Of a stretch of 64,000 nucleotides of DNA, positions 49,215 to 58,364 are shown piece after piece. This DNA is from Bacteroidales bacterium. GTDB lineage: Bacteria; Bacteroidota; Bacteroidia; Bacteroidales; UBA932. Position 1 is the stretch's first letter. Every line of letters starts with the position of its first letter. Made by a program: the position numbers and the translations under genes. The stretch is from contig JAFSUF010000029.1 in the NCBI GenBank assembly GCA_017445425.1, positions 1,926 through 65,925 of the forward strand, written 5' to 3'. The notes beneath the pieces are model-generated. The model had not been told where the DNA came from. It searched no databases and saw only the letters and a program-made list of their open reading frames with translations.

Positions 49215-50753
49215 ATGATACTGCAGGGAGAAATTGAGAAGCAGCACCATATTTATTACGAGTTTGAGAGGGGGAAGGAACCGATTGGTGCGGGCGGTAT
49301 GGGCACTGTATATCGCGGCCGGATGGTCGACGAGAAAACAGGTGCCTTCCGTGAAGTCGCCGTTAAAGAGATTGAACCCGAGGGGGATTACTCAGAACGA
49401 CAGACTATCTTGGACCGTGCCCGCAGAGAGGCATCGATTCAACTCCGCAACGACGATTTGGTGGAGATGCTTGGATTCGTCGAAACCACGGAGAAAAAGC
49501 TCGGAATAGAAAAGACCCGATACTATGTAATCAGCGAGTTCCTGGACGGAGTCACGCTTGACAAAGTTCTGTCAGGTGTTTATGCTGATTACAAAGGAGA
49601 GACTGTCGATTATGCCAGAGAACTGGCGGCAAATTACGGAAAAGACCGCGAAGGAACAGCAACACTGATTATCAAACATGTGCTGTCGGCAATAACTGCG
49701 CTGCACGACAACGGTTACCTTCATCGCGACATCGACCCGTCTAACATCATGATTACATCAGACGGAAAGATGAAGCTCATTGACTTCGGCATTGCCAAGA
49801 AGCAGAATTCCCTTGATCAATCAGATATGATGCAGTCTAAATCAGGCGCATTTGTCGGGAAAGTGGAATATGCTGCGCCAGAGTTGGTGGAGGGGAAGAT
49901 TACAGAACAGAACTTCACTACCGATATCTATGCAGCAGGAGTCTTGTTCTATCAACTTCTGACAGGACACCTTCCCTTTGCCGGCAACCGGTTTGATATC
50001 ATGAAGGGCCAGTTAAATGGTAAACCCGACTTCAGTAAGATACGCTCTAAGAAGTACAGGGTCATAGTTGAAAAGGCTATGTCAAAAAAACAAGCCAACC
50101 GGTTTGTTTCTGCATCTGCAATGAGGGCCGCGCTGGATGAGGAGGTTCAATCTTCGTCAAAATGGCCGTATGTGGCTGTAGTAGCGGCCGTTGCACTAGC
50201 TGCGATCATTATAGCGCTGGTTTGGCCGAAATCAGGTCCAGTTCCAGATCCAGTAGAGGTCTTTACTGAAAATGCGTTCACCGATAGCCAGGACACTATA
50301 TTGATAACATACAGTGTTGATAAGAGGGGTCAGAAGACAGAGCTCAAACGAGACACTTTGTTCGTGGCAAAACAAAAAAAGTTTGACGAGATACTGTCAC
50401 AGCCAATGGATGATATCTGGGATATGCTCTTATCAGAGGTGAACCGGTATAATCCAGCTGCCCTATATGCTGCAGCCCTCTATTATAAACGCCATGATGT
50501 TGATAGCAAAGCCAATAAATACTGGACTTCCGTTATAGTTCCTGAAGAAACTGCCAAGTATTTAAAAAAGACTAATACCAATTCTATTTCAGCACGTAGA
50601 ATTGAATACATCCTTCTATGTATGGCATACGACCATATAGATAAATCTGTCTGGTCGGATGCAGATTCCAAAGTGGTTGAAATAGAGGGTAAGATTAAAG
50701 AGATGTACAGTTCATTCTCAGAGCATTTTAAACTGCCCGCTGAACTTCAGTAA
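49215..50753 (+). CDS. Hanks-type Ser/Thr kinase-fold protein, single TM, ~170-aa extracytoplasmic domain; atypical catalytic loop
   Basis: GAGGMGTVYRG, VAVKEI, LHRDIDPSN (Asp where the HRDxKxxN Lys is expected), DFGIAK and AAPE. TM segment WPYVAVVAAVALAAIIIALVW. Confidence 0.8.
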   Translation: MILQGEIEKQHHIYYEFERGKEPIGAGGMGTVYRGRMVDEKTGAFREVAVKEIEPEGDYSERQTILDRARREASIQLRNDDLVEMLGFVETTEKKLGIEKTRYYVISEFLDGVTLDKVLSGVYADYKGETVDYARELAANYGKDREGTATLIIKHVLSAITALHDNGYLHRDIDPSNIMITSDGKMKLIDFGIAKKQNSLDQSDMMQSKSGAFVGKVEYAAPELVEGKITEQNFTTDIYAAGVLFYQLLTGHLPFAGNRFDIMKGQLNGKPDFSKIRSKKYRVIVEKAMSKKQANRFVSASAMRAALDEEVQSSSKWPYVAVVAAVALAAIIIALVWPKSGPVPDPVEVFTENAFTDSQDTILITYSVDKRGQKTELKRDTLFVAKQKKFDEILSQPMDDIWDMLLSEVNRYNPAALYAAALYYKRHDVDSKANKYWTSVIVPEETAKYLKKTNTNSISARRIEYILLCMAYDHIDKSVWSDADSKVVEIEGKIKEMYSSFSEHFKLPAELQ

Positions 50754-50772
50754 TTCTGTAATATAGAGAGAA

Positions 50773-51762
50773 ATGGAAGACGAAGTACCGGTAAGGATAT
50801 TTGACGACGACCCCAACATATATATATCGGTCTTTTATAGGGGCTGGAAGTGGTACTATTATAATCCGGATGTGAAGTGCCTGGGAGAGGGCGCCATGGG
50901 TAAGGTGTTTCTCGGCTTTGATTATGATACTAACCAAAAGGTAGCCATCAAGCAGCTGTTTGACAAGTACGCAAATGTCCGCTCTATCAGAGATCGGGCC
51001 CGGCTGGAGGCATCCCTGACATACAGCCACCCCAACTTGGTAGAGATGCAAGGCTGCTGTATGTATGAAGATGAAGAAGGCTACTGGCACGTCTGGGTGC
51101 TGAGCAAGTTTGTGGACGGGGAAATCATAAATAAGTATGTAAGCAAATTGGGGGATGACGCTAACAGGGTCCCTGTAATTGCAGGCCTGATTGGACAGGT
51201 TCTGGATGCCCTTGATTATCTTCATTCTAAGGGTGTAATACACAGGGACATAAAACCTTCAAACATAATGGTGGACCGAGATCGTCAAGTCAAACTGATG
51301 GACTTGGGCGTTGCCAGGGTTACAGGGGCAAACTCATATACCAGCAACGGATTTGTAGGTACCCCGCTATATGCCTCCCCTGAACAGATAATGCGTGATA
51401 AGATGCAGGTACAGGCAACTCCAGCAAGCGACATTTATTCATTGGGGATGACTATGTATGTCCTTTTGAATGGAGATCATCCGTTTGAAGCCCCAACCGA
51501 AGCACAGATTCTTATAAATCAGGTAACCAAAAAGCTCCCTGCATCAAAAGCCCTTGAGAAGAAATATAAGAAACTCATGAATGTGATTTGGAAAGCCACG
51601 GACAAGGATCCGGAAAACCGATATCAGTCGGCCATGGAATTCAAAAGTGCTATTGAAAGGGCTCTGACTCCGGAGCGGTCTCCATGGCTACGTAACATAA
51701 TAATTATACTAATGATGGTTGGGCTTTCTGTTCTGGCAGCAATACTAAAAATGATTTTTTAA
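50773..51762 (+). CDS. Hanks-type Ser/Thr protein kinase, C-terminal TM anchor
   Basis: GEGAMGKVF, VAIKQL, IHRDIKPSN, DLGVAR and ASPE. Terminal TM segment IIIILMMVGLSVLAAILKMIF. Confidence 0.85.
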   Translation: MEDEVPVRIFDDDPNIYISVFYRGWKWYYYNPDVKCLGEGAMGKVFLGFDYDTNQKVAIKQLFDKYANVRSIRDRARLEASLTYSHPNLVEMQGCCMYEDEEGYWHVWVLSKFVDGEIINKYVSKLGDDANRVPVIAGLIGQVLDALDYLHSKGVIHRDIKPSNIMVDRDRQVKLMDLGVARVTGANSYTSNGFVGTPLYASPEQIMRDKMQVQATPASDIYSLGMTMYVLLNGDHPFEAPTEAQILINQVTKKLPASKALEKKYKKLMNVIWKATDKDPENRYQSAMEFKSAIERALTPERSPWLRNIIIILMMVGLSVLAAILKMIF

Positions 51763-51765
51763 CAT

Positions 51766-52776
51766 ATGGCAAACGAAATAGAATCTTTCGGAATAGAGAC
51801 ACCCCTCTTTCTTAGCAACGCGGTCAGCTGCATTGGCGGCAGGGAGGAAAATCAAGATTCCACAACTATAATAGAAACAAGAAGAGGTCTTTTAGTGGTG
51901 GTATGTGATGGTATGGGTGGCATGGCTGGCGGCGCAACAGCCTCTTCTACAGCCGTAAAAGTCATATCGGAATATGTTTCTATGCTGGGTGTAGAAGATG
52001 ATATCGAAGTGGATAACCGCATGACCCTTATCAAAGCGATATCTCAAGCAAATTCCAAACTTTTTGAAATGTCCCAGACTGTCCCCGGACTGGCCGGGAT
52101 GGGTACGACGGTAACGGCCCTGTTGATTAACGAGGACAAAGCTTCAGTGGCGTATGTGGGAGATAGCAGGGTATATCAGATCAGGGGCGGACGGAAGATA
52201 TTCAGGACATTTGACCATTCTATGGTTTTCGAAATGGTCAAAAAGAAAATCATTACTGAAGAACAGGCTCGCCTCTCGTCTCAATCCAATATTATTTTAA
52301 GAGCACTTGGATTGAAAGAAGATGTCGATATAGAGACGTATGACCTACCCTATGACAAAGGGGATGTTTTTCTCCTTTGCACCGATGGTATATGGGGCAC
52401 CATGCCAGAGAAAGAATTGCTGAAAAGAGTTTCGCAGAAACAACATCCCAAGGTTATTTCCGAGACACTGGCCATGAATGTGCATAACGATGCCATACGT
52501 GCAGGTGGCGGGCACGACAACCTCACCGCTGCAATTGTGAAAACCAACATCGATTCTAAAACGAGAAGTATAATGGAAAGAAAAATCAAGACTGCATTGG
52601 CTGCATGTTTAGTGGTATTGCTGCTAAGCCTGGCCCTGAACGCCATTATGACAACAAAGGCAATCCGGACAAACGTCAAATATAATAACCTTAGAGACTC
52701 TATAGAGTCAAGCAAGAAGGTGCAGCAACCCCAAATAGATTCTACGACACTAAAGCTAAACGAACAAGAAAAATAG
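51766..52776 (+). CDS. PP2C-family Ser/Thr phosphatase with C-terminal TM segment
   Basis: VVCDGMGGMAGG, VGDSRVY, LLCTDGIW and GGHDNLTAAIV. TM segment ALAACLVVLLLSLALNAIM. Confidence 0.85.
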   Translation: MANEIESFGIETPLFLSNAVSCIGGREENQDSTTIIETRRGLLVVVCDGMGGMAGGATASSTAVKVISEYVSMLGVEDDIEVDNRMTLIKAISQANSKLFEMSQTVPGLAGMGTTVTALLINEDKASVAYVGDSRVYQIRGGRKIFRTFDHSMVFEMVKKKIITEEQARLSSQSNIILRALGLKEDVDIETYDLPYDKGDVFLLCTDGIWGTMPEKELLKRVSQKQHPKVISETLAMNVHNDAIRAGGGHDNLTAAIVKTNIDSKTRSIMERKIKTALAACLVVLLLSLALNAIMTTKAIRTNVKYNNLRDSIESSKKVQQPQIDSTTLKLNEQEK

Positions 52777-52782
52777 TATAAT

Positions 52783-53631
52783 ATGAAGAGTTACTCTATC
52801 GGAAGGGAAGAGACGTGCAATATCATCGTCAATGACCCGACACAGATGGTCAGCCGTATGCACGCTACACTTAATGTAGATGGCGGCAAAATGACCATAG
52901 TTGACAACAGTACCAACGGTACGTACATCAATGGAATTCGCATACAAAAAGGAGCACCAGTACCTGTATCCAGAAAAGATGTGGTTTCTTTTGCCCAGGT
53001 TGCAGAACTAGACTGGAACTGCGTTCCACGCTCGGACGACAAGTTACTTTATACCATCCTGGCTGTGCTGCTGTGCGTTTTGCTTGCAGGGGGCTTATCA
53101 TGGTATTTCCTAACTAAGGACAATCAGCCCAAACACCCGGACAACACAGCAGAAGAGGTGGATGTATGGAAAGGCTTTGCTTCTCACACAGACAGCCTGA
53201 AAGCAGATGTCACCTCTTTGAAAGCTGCCAAGAAGACAGCAGAGGATGACCTTGCCAAGTTAAGGAGCAGCCTGGAAGCCAAAGACCGCACCAAAAAGAA
53301 GGATAAAGACAAGGTTGAGCAAATCAACAAGAACATATGGCAGATTGAGGAATTATTGAAAAACGTTGATACTGACGATTTTGATAAGTCCATATCAAGT
53401 GTAGAGCAAAGTATAGCAGATAAATCTTCCAATACTGAAGAAAGGCTGAAGACGCTAGCGGCTAAAACTGCCGACGCCAAGGAAACTATCAAGAAAGTAG
53501 AAGAATTGCTCAAAACGACAAAAGATGAGATAAATAAACTTCCTGACCCGAAACATATAATAAATAATAATCACAGAAAGAAAAAAGATACAACTGAAAC
53601 AAAGCCAGTTATTGTAACACCTTTACCATAA
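52783..53631 (+). CDS. FHA - TM - K/E-rich coiled-coil protein
   Basis: YSIGREETCNIIVNDPTQMVSRMHATL...DNSTNGTYINGIRI. TM segment LLYTILAVLLCVLLAGGLSWYFL. About 170 aa of heptad-like charged sequence follows. Confidence 0.75.
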   Translation: MKSYSIGREETCNIIVNDPTQMVSRMHATLNVDGGKMTIVDNSTNGTYINGIRIQKGAPVPVSRKDVVSFAQVAELDWNCVPRSDDKLLYTILAVLLCVLLAGGLSWYFLTKDNQPKHPDNTAEEVDVWKGFASHTDSLKADVTSLKAAKKTAEDDLAKLRSSLEAKDRTKKKDKDKVEQINKNIWQIEELLKNVDTDDFDKSISSVEQSIADKSSNTEERLKTLAAKTADAKETIKKVEELLKTTKDEINKLPDPKHIINNNHRKKKDTTETKPVIVTPLP

Positions 53632-53644
53632 ATCCTTTAATAAG

Positions 53645-55177
53645 ATGAGACTAATAAGCATTGGGAAATCCCCGTCCTGCACTATATACATAGCCAGCGA
53701 GTATGTCAGCAACTATCATGCAGAATTGTTGTTGCTTGACAACGGCGACATTCTATTGACTGATTGCGGCAGTACTAATGGCACATTTTTAAATGGGAAG
53801 CAAATAACACCGCGAGTCGAGGTCCCTGTCCGCCGGGGTGACAGGATTGAATTTGACAACATTGCCCTCAATTGGGGCAATGTACCCCAGATCCCCCTCC
53901 CCGACCCCGCCAAGGTCAAGGGAGTTTACGGAGTAGGCAAAAGCCAGCGTAACCGATATAATCTCGTTGGAGACAGCGTGAGCCGCTATCATGCAACCTT
54001 TAAGGAGATGAAAAATGGCAAATGGTTTATTCAGGATCATAGTAAGAATGGCACTTTTGTCAACGGCTCCAAGATTCCTTCGAACCAGGACTTCCAGATA
54101 AAAGCTAAGGACAGTATTGTATGCGGCACCGTTCCGTGTCCAAATCCTGTGCCCGGCGGAACTCTCCCTTCATGGATCTGGGCAGCCGTAGGCGGGATAG
54201 CTGCGGCTATTCTGGTTTGCGTTATCTTGTCGATAATTATTCCACATAATGTAGATCCTTACAAGGCAGTTGCCATCGTCAAAGAGACATTTGCAATAAA
54301 GGTGGTTTTTGCAGATGACCCGATAGTGGATAAGCATAAATCGTGGTATCTGGCGTTGTCAAATTCTAACGCAGGGGGCTACACTTTGACGGACGATATA
54401 AGGAAGGCTTTTTCCACGCATCAGTACGGAACAGCGTTCTTTGTCTCTAAAGATGGTATGATGATTACAAATAAACATGTGGTTGATTGGATATACGCTG
54501 ACACTCATTATTCTGGCGGCGGGAAGCAGGTTGAAGATCTGAAAACACATGTTGAAAGGGCGAGGACGGATCTTTCAAATTATTTGGCTATAACCGGCAC
54601 GTTTTCAGTCGATGAAATAAACAAGTGGTATAAATCCACTTATGAGCTTTCTGTTGAGCCCCTATCTTTTGAGATAATTTATCCGGGACGTAGTTATACA
54701 GTATCGTCCCAATACGATGGGGCGCAACTGGTAAAAGTATCTGATGACCCTCAGGCAGATATAGCTATTCTCCAGCTTGACAATCAGGTGACACCATCAT
54801 TCTGTGAGTATTTTGACTTATCGCGTAGTTTGCCCGCTCATCAATTAAAGAGGAACGAGACATACTATACAATCGGATTCCCTTATGGGCCGATCGGCGC
54901 TACTCTGAACGACAATAAATATGAACCCCATTATGGCCAGTTGGTGCTGTCACAAAACCCTAAAAAATATACACTTACGTTTGACAAGTCCTCGGTAGGC
55001 GGCCAGAGTGGCTCCCCTATTTACGATAAAAAACACCGTTTGATTGGTGTTTTATACGGAACAGATGTTCTCAATGAGACCCTTGCGGCGCCAATAGACC
55101 TTGCAAAAGAGTTAATGAAGGACGTGGTTAAGGAAAATGATACATATAACAAGTTCAAATCGACAAATGCGTATTAA
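53645..55177 (+). CDS. 2 x FHA - TM - trypsin-like (S1, Trypsin_2-type) serine protease
   Basis: FHA1 is SIGKSPSCTIYIASEYVSNYHAELL...GSTNGTFLNG. FHA2 is YGVGKSQRNRYNLVGDSVSRYHATF...HSKNGTFVNG. TM segment WIWAAVGGIAAAILVCVILSIII. Protease triad context TNKHVV, DIAILQL and GGQSGSPIY. Confidence 0.8.
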   Translation: MRLISIGKSPSCTIYIASEYVSNYHAELLLLDNGDILLTDCGSTNGTFLNGKQITPRVEVPVRRGDRIEFDNIALNWGNVPQIPLPDPAKVKGVYGVGKSQRNRYNLVGDSVSRYHATFKEMKNGKWFIQDHSKNGTFVNGSKIPSNQDFQIKAKDSIVCGTVPCPNPVPGGTLPSWIWAAVGGIAAAILVCVILSIIIPHNVDPYKAVAIVKETFAIKVVFADDPIVDKHKSWYLALSNSNAGGYTLTDDIRKAFSTHQYGTAFFVSKDGMMITNKHVVDWIYADTHYSGGGKQVEDLKTHVERARTDLSNYLAITGTFSVDEINKWYKSTYELSVEPLSFEIIYPGRSYTVSSQYDGAQLVKVSDDPQADIAILQLDNQVTPSFCEYFDLSRSLPAHQLKRNETYYTIGFPYGPIGATLNDNKYEPHYGQLVLSQNPKKYTLTFDKSSVGGQSGSPIYDKKHRLIGVLYGTDVLNETLAAPIDLAKELMKDVVKENDTYNKFKSTNAY

Positions 55178-56756
55178 TAAATACATACTGACAACACTGG
55201 CGCTTACTCTTTCCATAAGCCTGAGTGCCCATACGGCCAGATGGTTGACCGCACCAAAGTATGAGTCTGCAACCCCAATATCGTCTTTATTGATCAAGGT
55301 TGAGCAAAACGGCAGGTTTGGTATTATTGATAATAATGGCTTGCAGAAGGTAGCCTGCGACTATTCGGAAATCACCGCATTCACCGGTGGGTATTGCCTT
55401 CTATTGAACGCCAATGACCAGCTTGCAGGCATCATGAATGAGCAGGGCGAAGTGACTAAAATAAATCAACGGTTCTCAATCAATGCCAGTTATCCATATT
55501 TTACCGACAATCTGCTTGCAGTATATGACGGAAAAAAATGGGGGTATATGGATACGTCCGGTCAGATTGCCATCAAAACCCAATACGAGAAAGCCAGACC
55601 CTTCTTTTATGGCGTCGCATCGGTAATCAAAACGGATGCCGTAAATAAAAAGAAATATGCTTGTTATATCAACCGCAACGGCGAGATTCTGTATAAGGGG
55701 GCTGATAATTATTTGATTTTCGCATCCTCCTATACCAAAGGTAATGAGCCGTTTGCAGTGATAGTAGATCCGGACAGAAATGTTTTCGCACGCGACGCTC
55801 AAGGCAAGCGCATCAAGAATTTGGGGAGACTGGTTGACAATAATCCAAATCAACTGATTACCAATTTATGTACAATCAATTTGTCTAATGCCGGCCAGGT
55901 CCGTTCTATGGTTTCTTCTGATGGAGAGAAAGCTTATGAAACCAACCTAATAGCACCCTATACGACAAAGGTTAACTCGCTCTCTTCGGAATCAGACCAA
56001 GGTGGATATGATCTCGTTGTAGATGGCAAGCAAGTACTACCAGGGCAGTTTGACGAACCCGCGCTTGCAGTAAGCAATTCTCGTGTTATTGCTAACAAAG
56101 GTGGTCTATATGGCCTTCTGGAGATCCTTAAAACCGGAGGGCCAAGAGTCGTATTTGCTGAATCCGATGTATTGTATGATCACCATACAAGCAAAGATAT
56201 CTCCGCAAGAGTTCAAATGCCATCTGAGCTTAATCATAATAACGTAACCGTCAGGGTCAACGAGGATGGGAACACACTTTTTGACGATGTTATAGACAAT
56301 AGCGGCAAATTCTCATTCAAATACCTGCCAATATCCCTGAAAGAGAAGGGAGAGGTCAGCTTTGATACAGAGATATCCATTGATGGCATAGTCTACCCCT
56401 CCAGCCAAGGCAATATACGTTTTGGCCACACCAATGCACTCAGTATTTCCGCTCCGGGTAAAGTCAAAGTTACAGAAACAGCTAACAACACCGGGCATAG
56501 GTTTACCGGTACATTTACTATATCGGTCACAAACAATTCCGACCAGGAGAGTGATAATTGTACTATTTGGGTTGACGGGAAGAAAGAGAAGGGTTCCGTT
56601 GTAATCCCCGCCGGGAAACGGGAAAATGTCTCTGTCACAAGAGTCGTGGATTTACAAGACCTTGATCGTAAAACAGTCAGTGTCACTGTTACGGTCAAGG
56701 AACAGGGCTGCCCTGATAAGACCGAATCTAAATCGATAGTTTTTGATAGATTTTAA
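55167..56756 (+). CDS. exported WG (KWG) repeat protein with C-terminal beta-rich region
   Basis: Internal start MRINKYILTTLALTLSISLSAHT (signal peptide). Repeats GRFGIIDNNGLQKVACDYSEI and KWGYMDTSGQIAIKTQYEKARPF. It overlaps the upstream stop by 11 nt. Confidence 0.65.
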   Translation: MRINKYILTTLALTLSISLSAHTARWLTAPKYESATPISSLLIKVEQNGRFGIIDNNGLQKVACDYSEITAFTGGYCLLLNANDQLAGIMNEQGEVTKINQRFSINASYPYFTDNLLAVYDGKKWGYMDTSGQIAIKTQYEKARPFFYGVASVIKTDAVNKKKYACYINRNGEILYKGADNYLIFASSYTKGNEPFAVIVDPDRNVFARDAQGKRIKNLGRLVDNNPNQLITNLCTINLSNAGQVRSMVSSDGEKAYETNLIAPYTTKVNSLSSESDQGGYDLVVDGKQVLPGQFDEPALAVSNSRVIANKGGLYGLLEILKTGGPRVVFAESDVLYDHHTSKDISARVQMPSELNHNNVTVRVNEDGNTLFDDVIDNSGKFSFKYLPISLKEKGEVSFDTEISIDGIVYPSSQGNIRFGHTNALSISAPGKVKVTETANNTGHRFTGTFTISVTNNSDQESDNCTIWVDGKKEKGSVVIPAGKRENVSVTRVVDLQDLDRKTVSVTVTVKEQGCPDKTESKSIVFDRF

Positions 56757-56768
56757 TACTAATTAATA

Positions 56769-57467
56769 ATGAAAAGATTTTTTTTAATCTCCCTCTGCCT
56801 TTTGTTTGGCAGTGCAGTCGGATTGTTTGCGCAGGAATTAAGCAAGGACGATTTCATAGCAAGCAGTTCCTCTGGAAGTAGCGTAGCAATGAAAATCGGG
56901 ATAGGAGCTGGCGTCAATGTAGCTGGCCTATCATCATCTAACAGCGAGTTTCCCGGCACCGGGATACGGCCTGGGTTCAACGGTGGTGTTATGTTTAATC
57001 TCCGTTTCCACCCACGTGACGAGATGTCCACCGCAGAGCAAGGGCTTTTTGCCATTCAGCCAGAAATCCGCTATTCTACAATGGGCGGTAATTCCAGTGA
57101 TTTCAAACTGGGTCTCTCCTATCTGACTGTTCCGGTTATGTTCCAGTTTTACCCGTCTGCAAACTTTTATATTGAGGCAGGCCCTGTAATGGCGCTAAAC
57201 ACATCACATACACCTAATACTACTGTTATTAACAACAAACAATATGATTTGGCCAAGTTGAAAGCCAACGATATGATGCTTGCGGCCGGAGTCGGCTTTC
57301 TTGCCGGAAATATAACTATCGGGGCCCGCTTCAACTTTGGTATCTCAGATATTGCCAGGAACATGAATTATAAGAACTGGTGCGCCCAGGCTGGCATTAT
57401 ATACAATTTCAAGTTGAAGAGCCATGAGGGGTCGGGTGTGAAAAAAGATGATGTTTTAGATTTATAA
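56769..57467 (+). CDS. small outer-membrane beta-barrel (OmpA-beta/PorT-like) protein
   Basis: Signal peptide ending LFAQE and alternating-hydrophobic strands. 232 aa. Confidence 0.55.
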   Translation: MKRFFLISLCLLFGSAVGLFAQELSKDDFIASSSSGSSVAMKIGIGAGVNVAGLSSSNSEFPGTGIRPGFNGGVMFNLRFHPRDEMSTAEQGLFAIQPEIRYSTMGGNSSDFKLGLSYLTVPVMFQFYPSANFYIEAGPVMALNTSHTPNTTVINNKQYDLAKLKANDMMLAAGVGFLAGNITIGARFNFGISDIARNMNYKNWCAQAGIIYNFKLKSHEGSGVKKDDVLDL

Positions 57468-57479
57468 AAAGAATTACCA

Positions 57480-58364
57480 ATGAAAACACGCATAATAATT
57501 CTGTCATTATTAATGACCTTGTGCAGCATTTTCTCTGCATGTGAGAACCAAGCTGTAGATATTACCGTCACTGCAGATATCACAATCAACACAGCTTCTG
57601 TGCTGGCGCCTTTTATCGCTTATGACTCTTCTGACCTGGATATGTATCCTGACAGTAAGGTCCGTCTGACATGTTTACTATATGATGCAGCGGGAGCCCT
57701 CATCAATCGACAGGACATCGCATTAAGTGATTTCTCATCGTCGGCGAATATCCAAGAGAAAATAGGGAGTCAGACATATACTCTTGTTGTAGTAGCTTCG
57801 TGCGTAAGTGGAGGGTCTTTGTTAAAGCCTGAGTATGAAGCATATTCTCTAACTGGGGTTAACAATTTGAATACTCTTAATATCGAACAAATAAAATCAG
57901 ACATATCTAAGGTGTTTGATTCTTGTTGGCAAGTTTTGGGCTTTGGCATACAAGAGAATCTGACACAAAGTGAGTATGAACCATTTATGACTCTTAAACC
58001 GGCAACCGCCCTAGTGTATATGAATTTTAGGAGCATCCATGCCAGTTCAAATATTGATCTTTATGCAATAGGCTGGACTTCAAATAATCTGATGACATTC
58101 ACTCAACAAAACGCTGGTTTTTCTTGCAACGTGGATGGAATATATGACGAATGCGACATTGAGCCTGATAGATATACATCGGAGAATCTTTATTCACTGT
58201 TTAGCGTATTCCCGGGTGAATGCCGTACTGTTGGTGCATCATTCACGGGAAATAACATTGTAGATTGGAAACAAAATAGTGTGAATGTTCAGGCTGGTCA
58301 TCAATATGTGTTCCAATATGACTGTTCTGCGGCAGCATTAACAATTAAAGAAGGAAGACTATAA
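57480..58364 (+). CDS. lipoprotein, unknown function
   Basis: MKTRIIILSLLMTLCSIFSAC lipobox with no recognised motif. Confidence 0.55.
   Translation: MKTRIIILSLLMTLCSIFSACENQAVDITVTADITINTASVLAPFIAYDSSDLDMYPDSKVRLTCLLYDAAGALINRQDIALSDFSSSANIQEKIGSQTYTLVVVASCVSGGSLLKPEYEAYSLTGVNNLNTLNIEQIKSDISKVFDSCWQVLGFGIQENLTQSEYEPFMTLKPATALVYMNFRSIHASSNIDLYAIGWTSNNLMTFTQQNAGFSCNVDGIYDECDIEPDRYTSENLYSLFSVFPGECRTVGASFTGNNIVDWKQNSVNVQAGHQYVFQYDCSAAALTIKEGRL

Noticed and set aside
48465-53631. FHA/kinase/PP2C genes as a T6SS post-translational switch or an actinobacterial-type cell-wall cluster
   Set aside because: No T6SS core genes (TssB/C, Hcp, VgrG, ClpV) and no rodA/pbpA-type genes are present anywhere in the window. 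The linked genes are proteases and OMPs instead.
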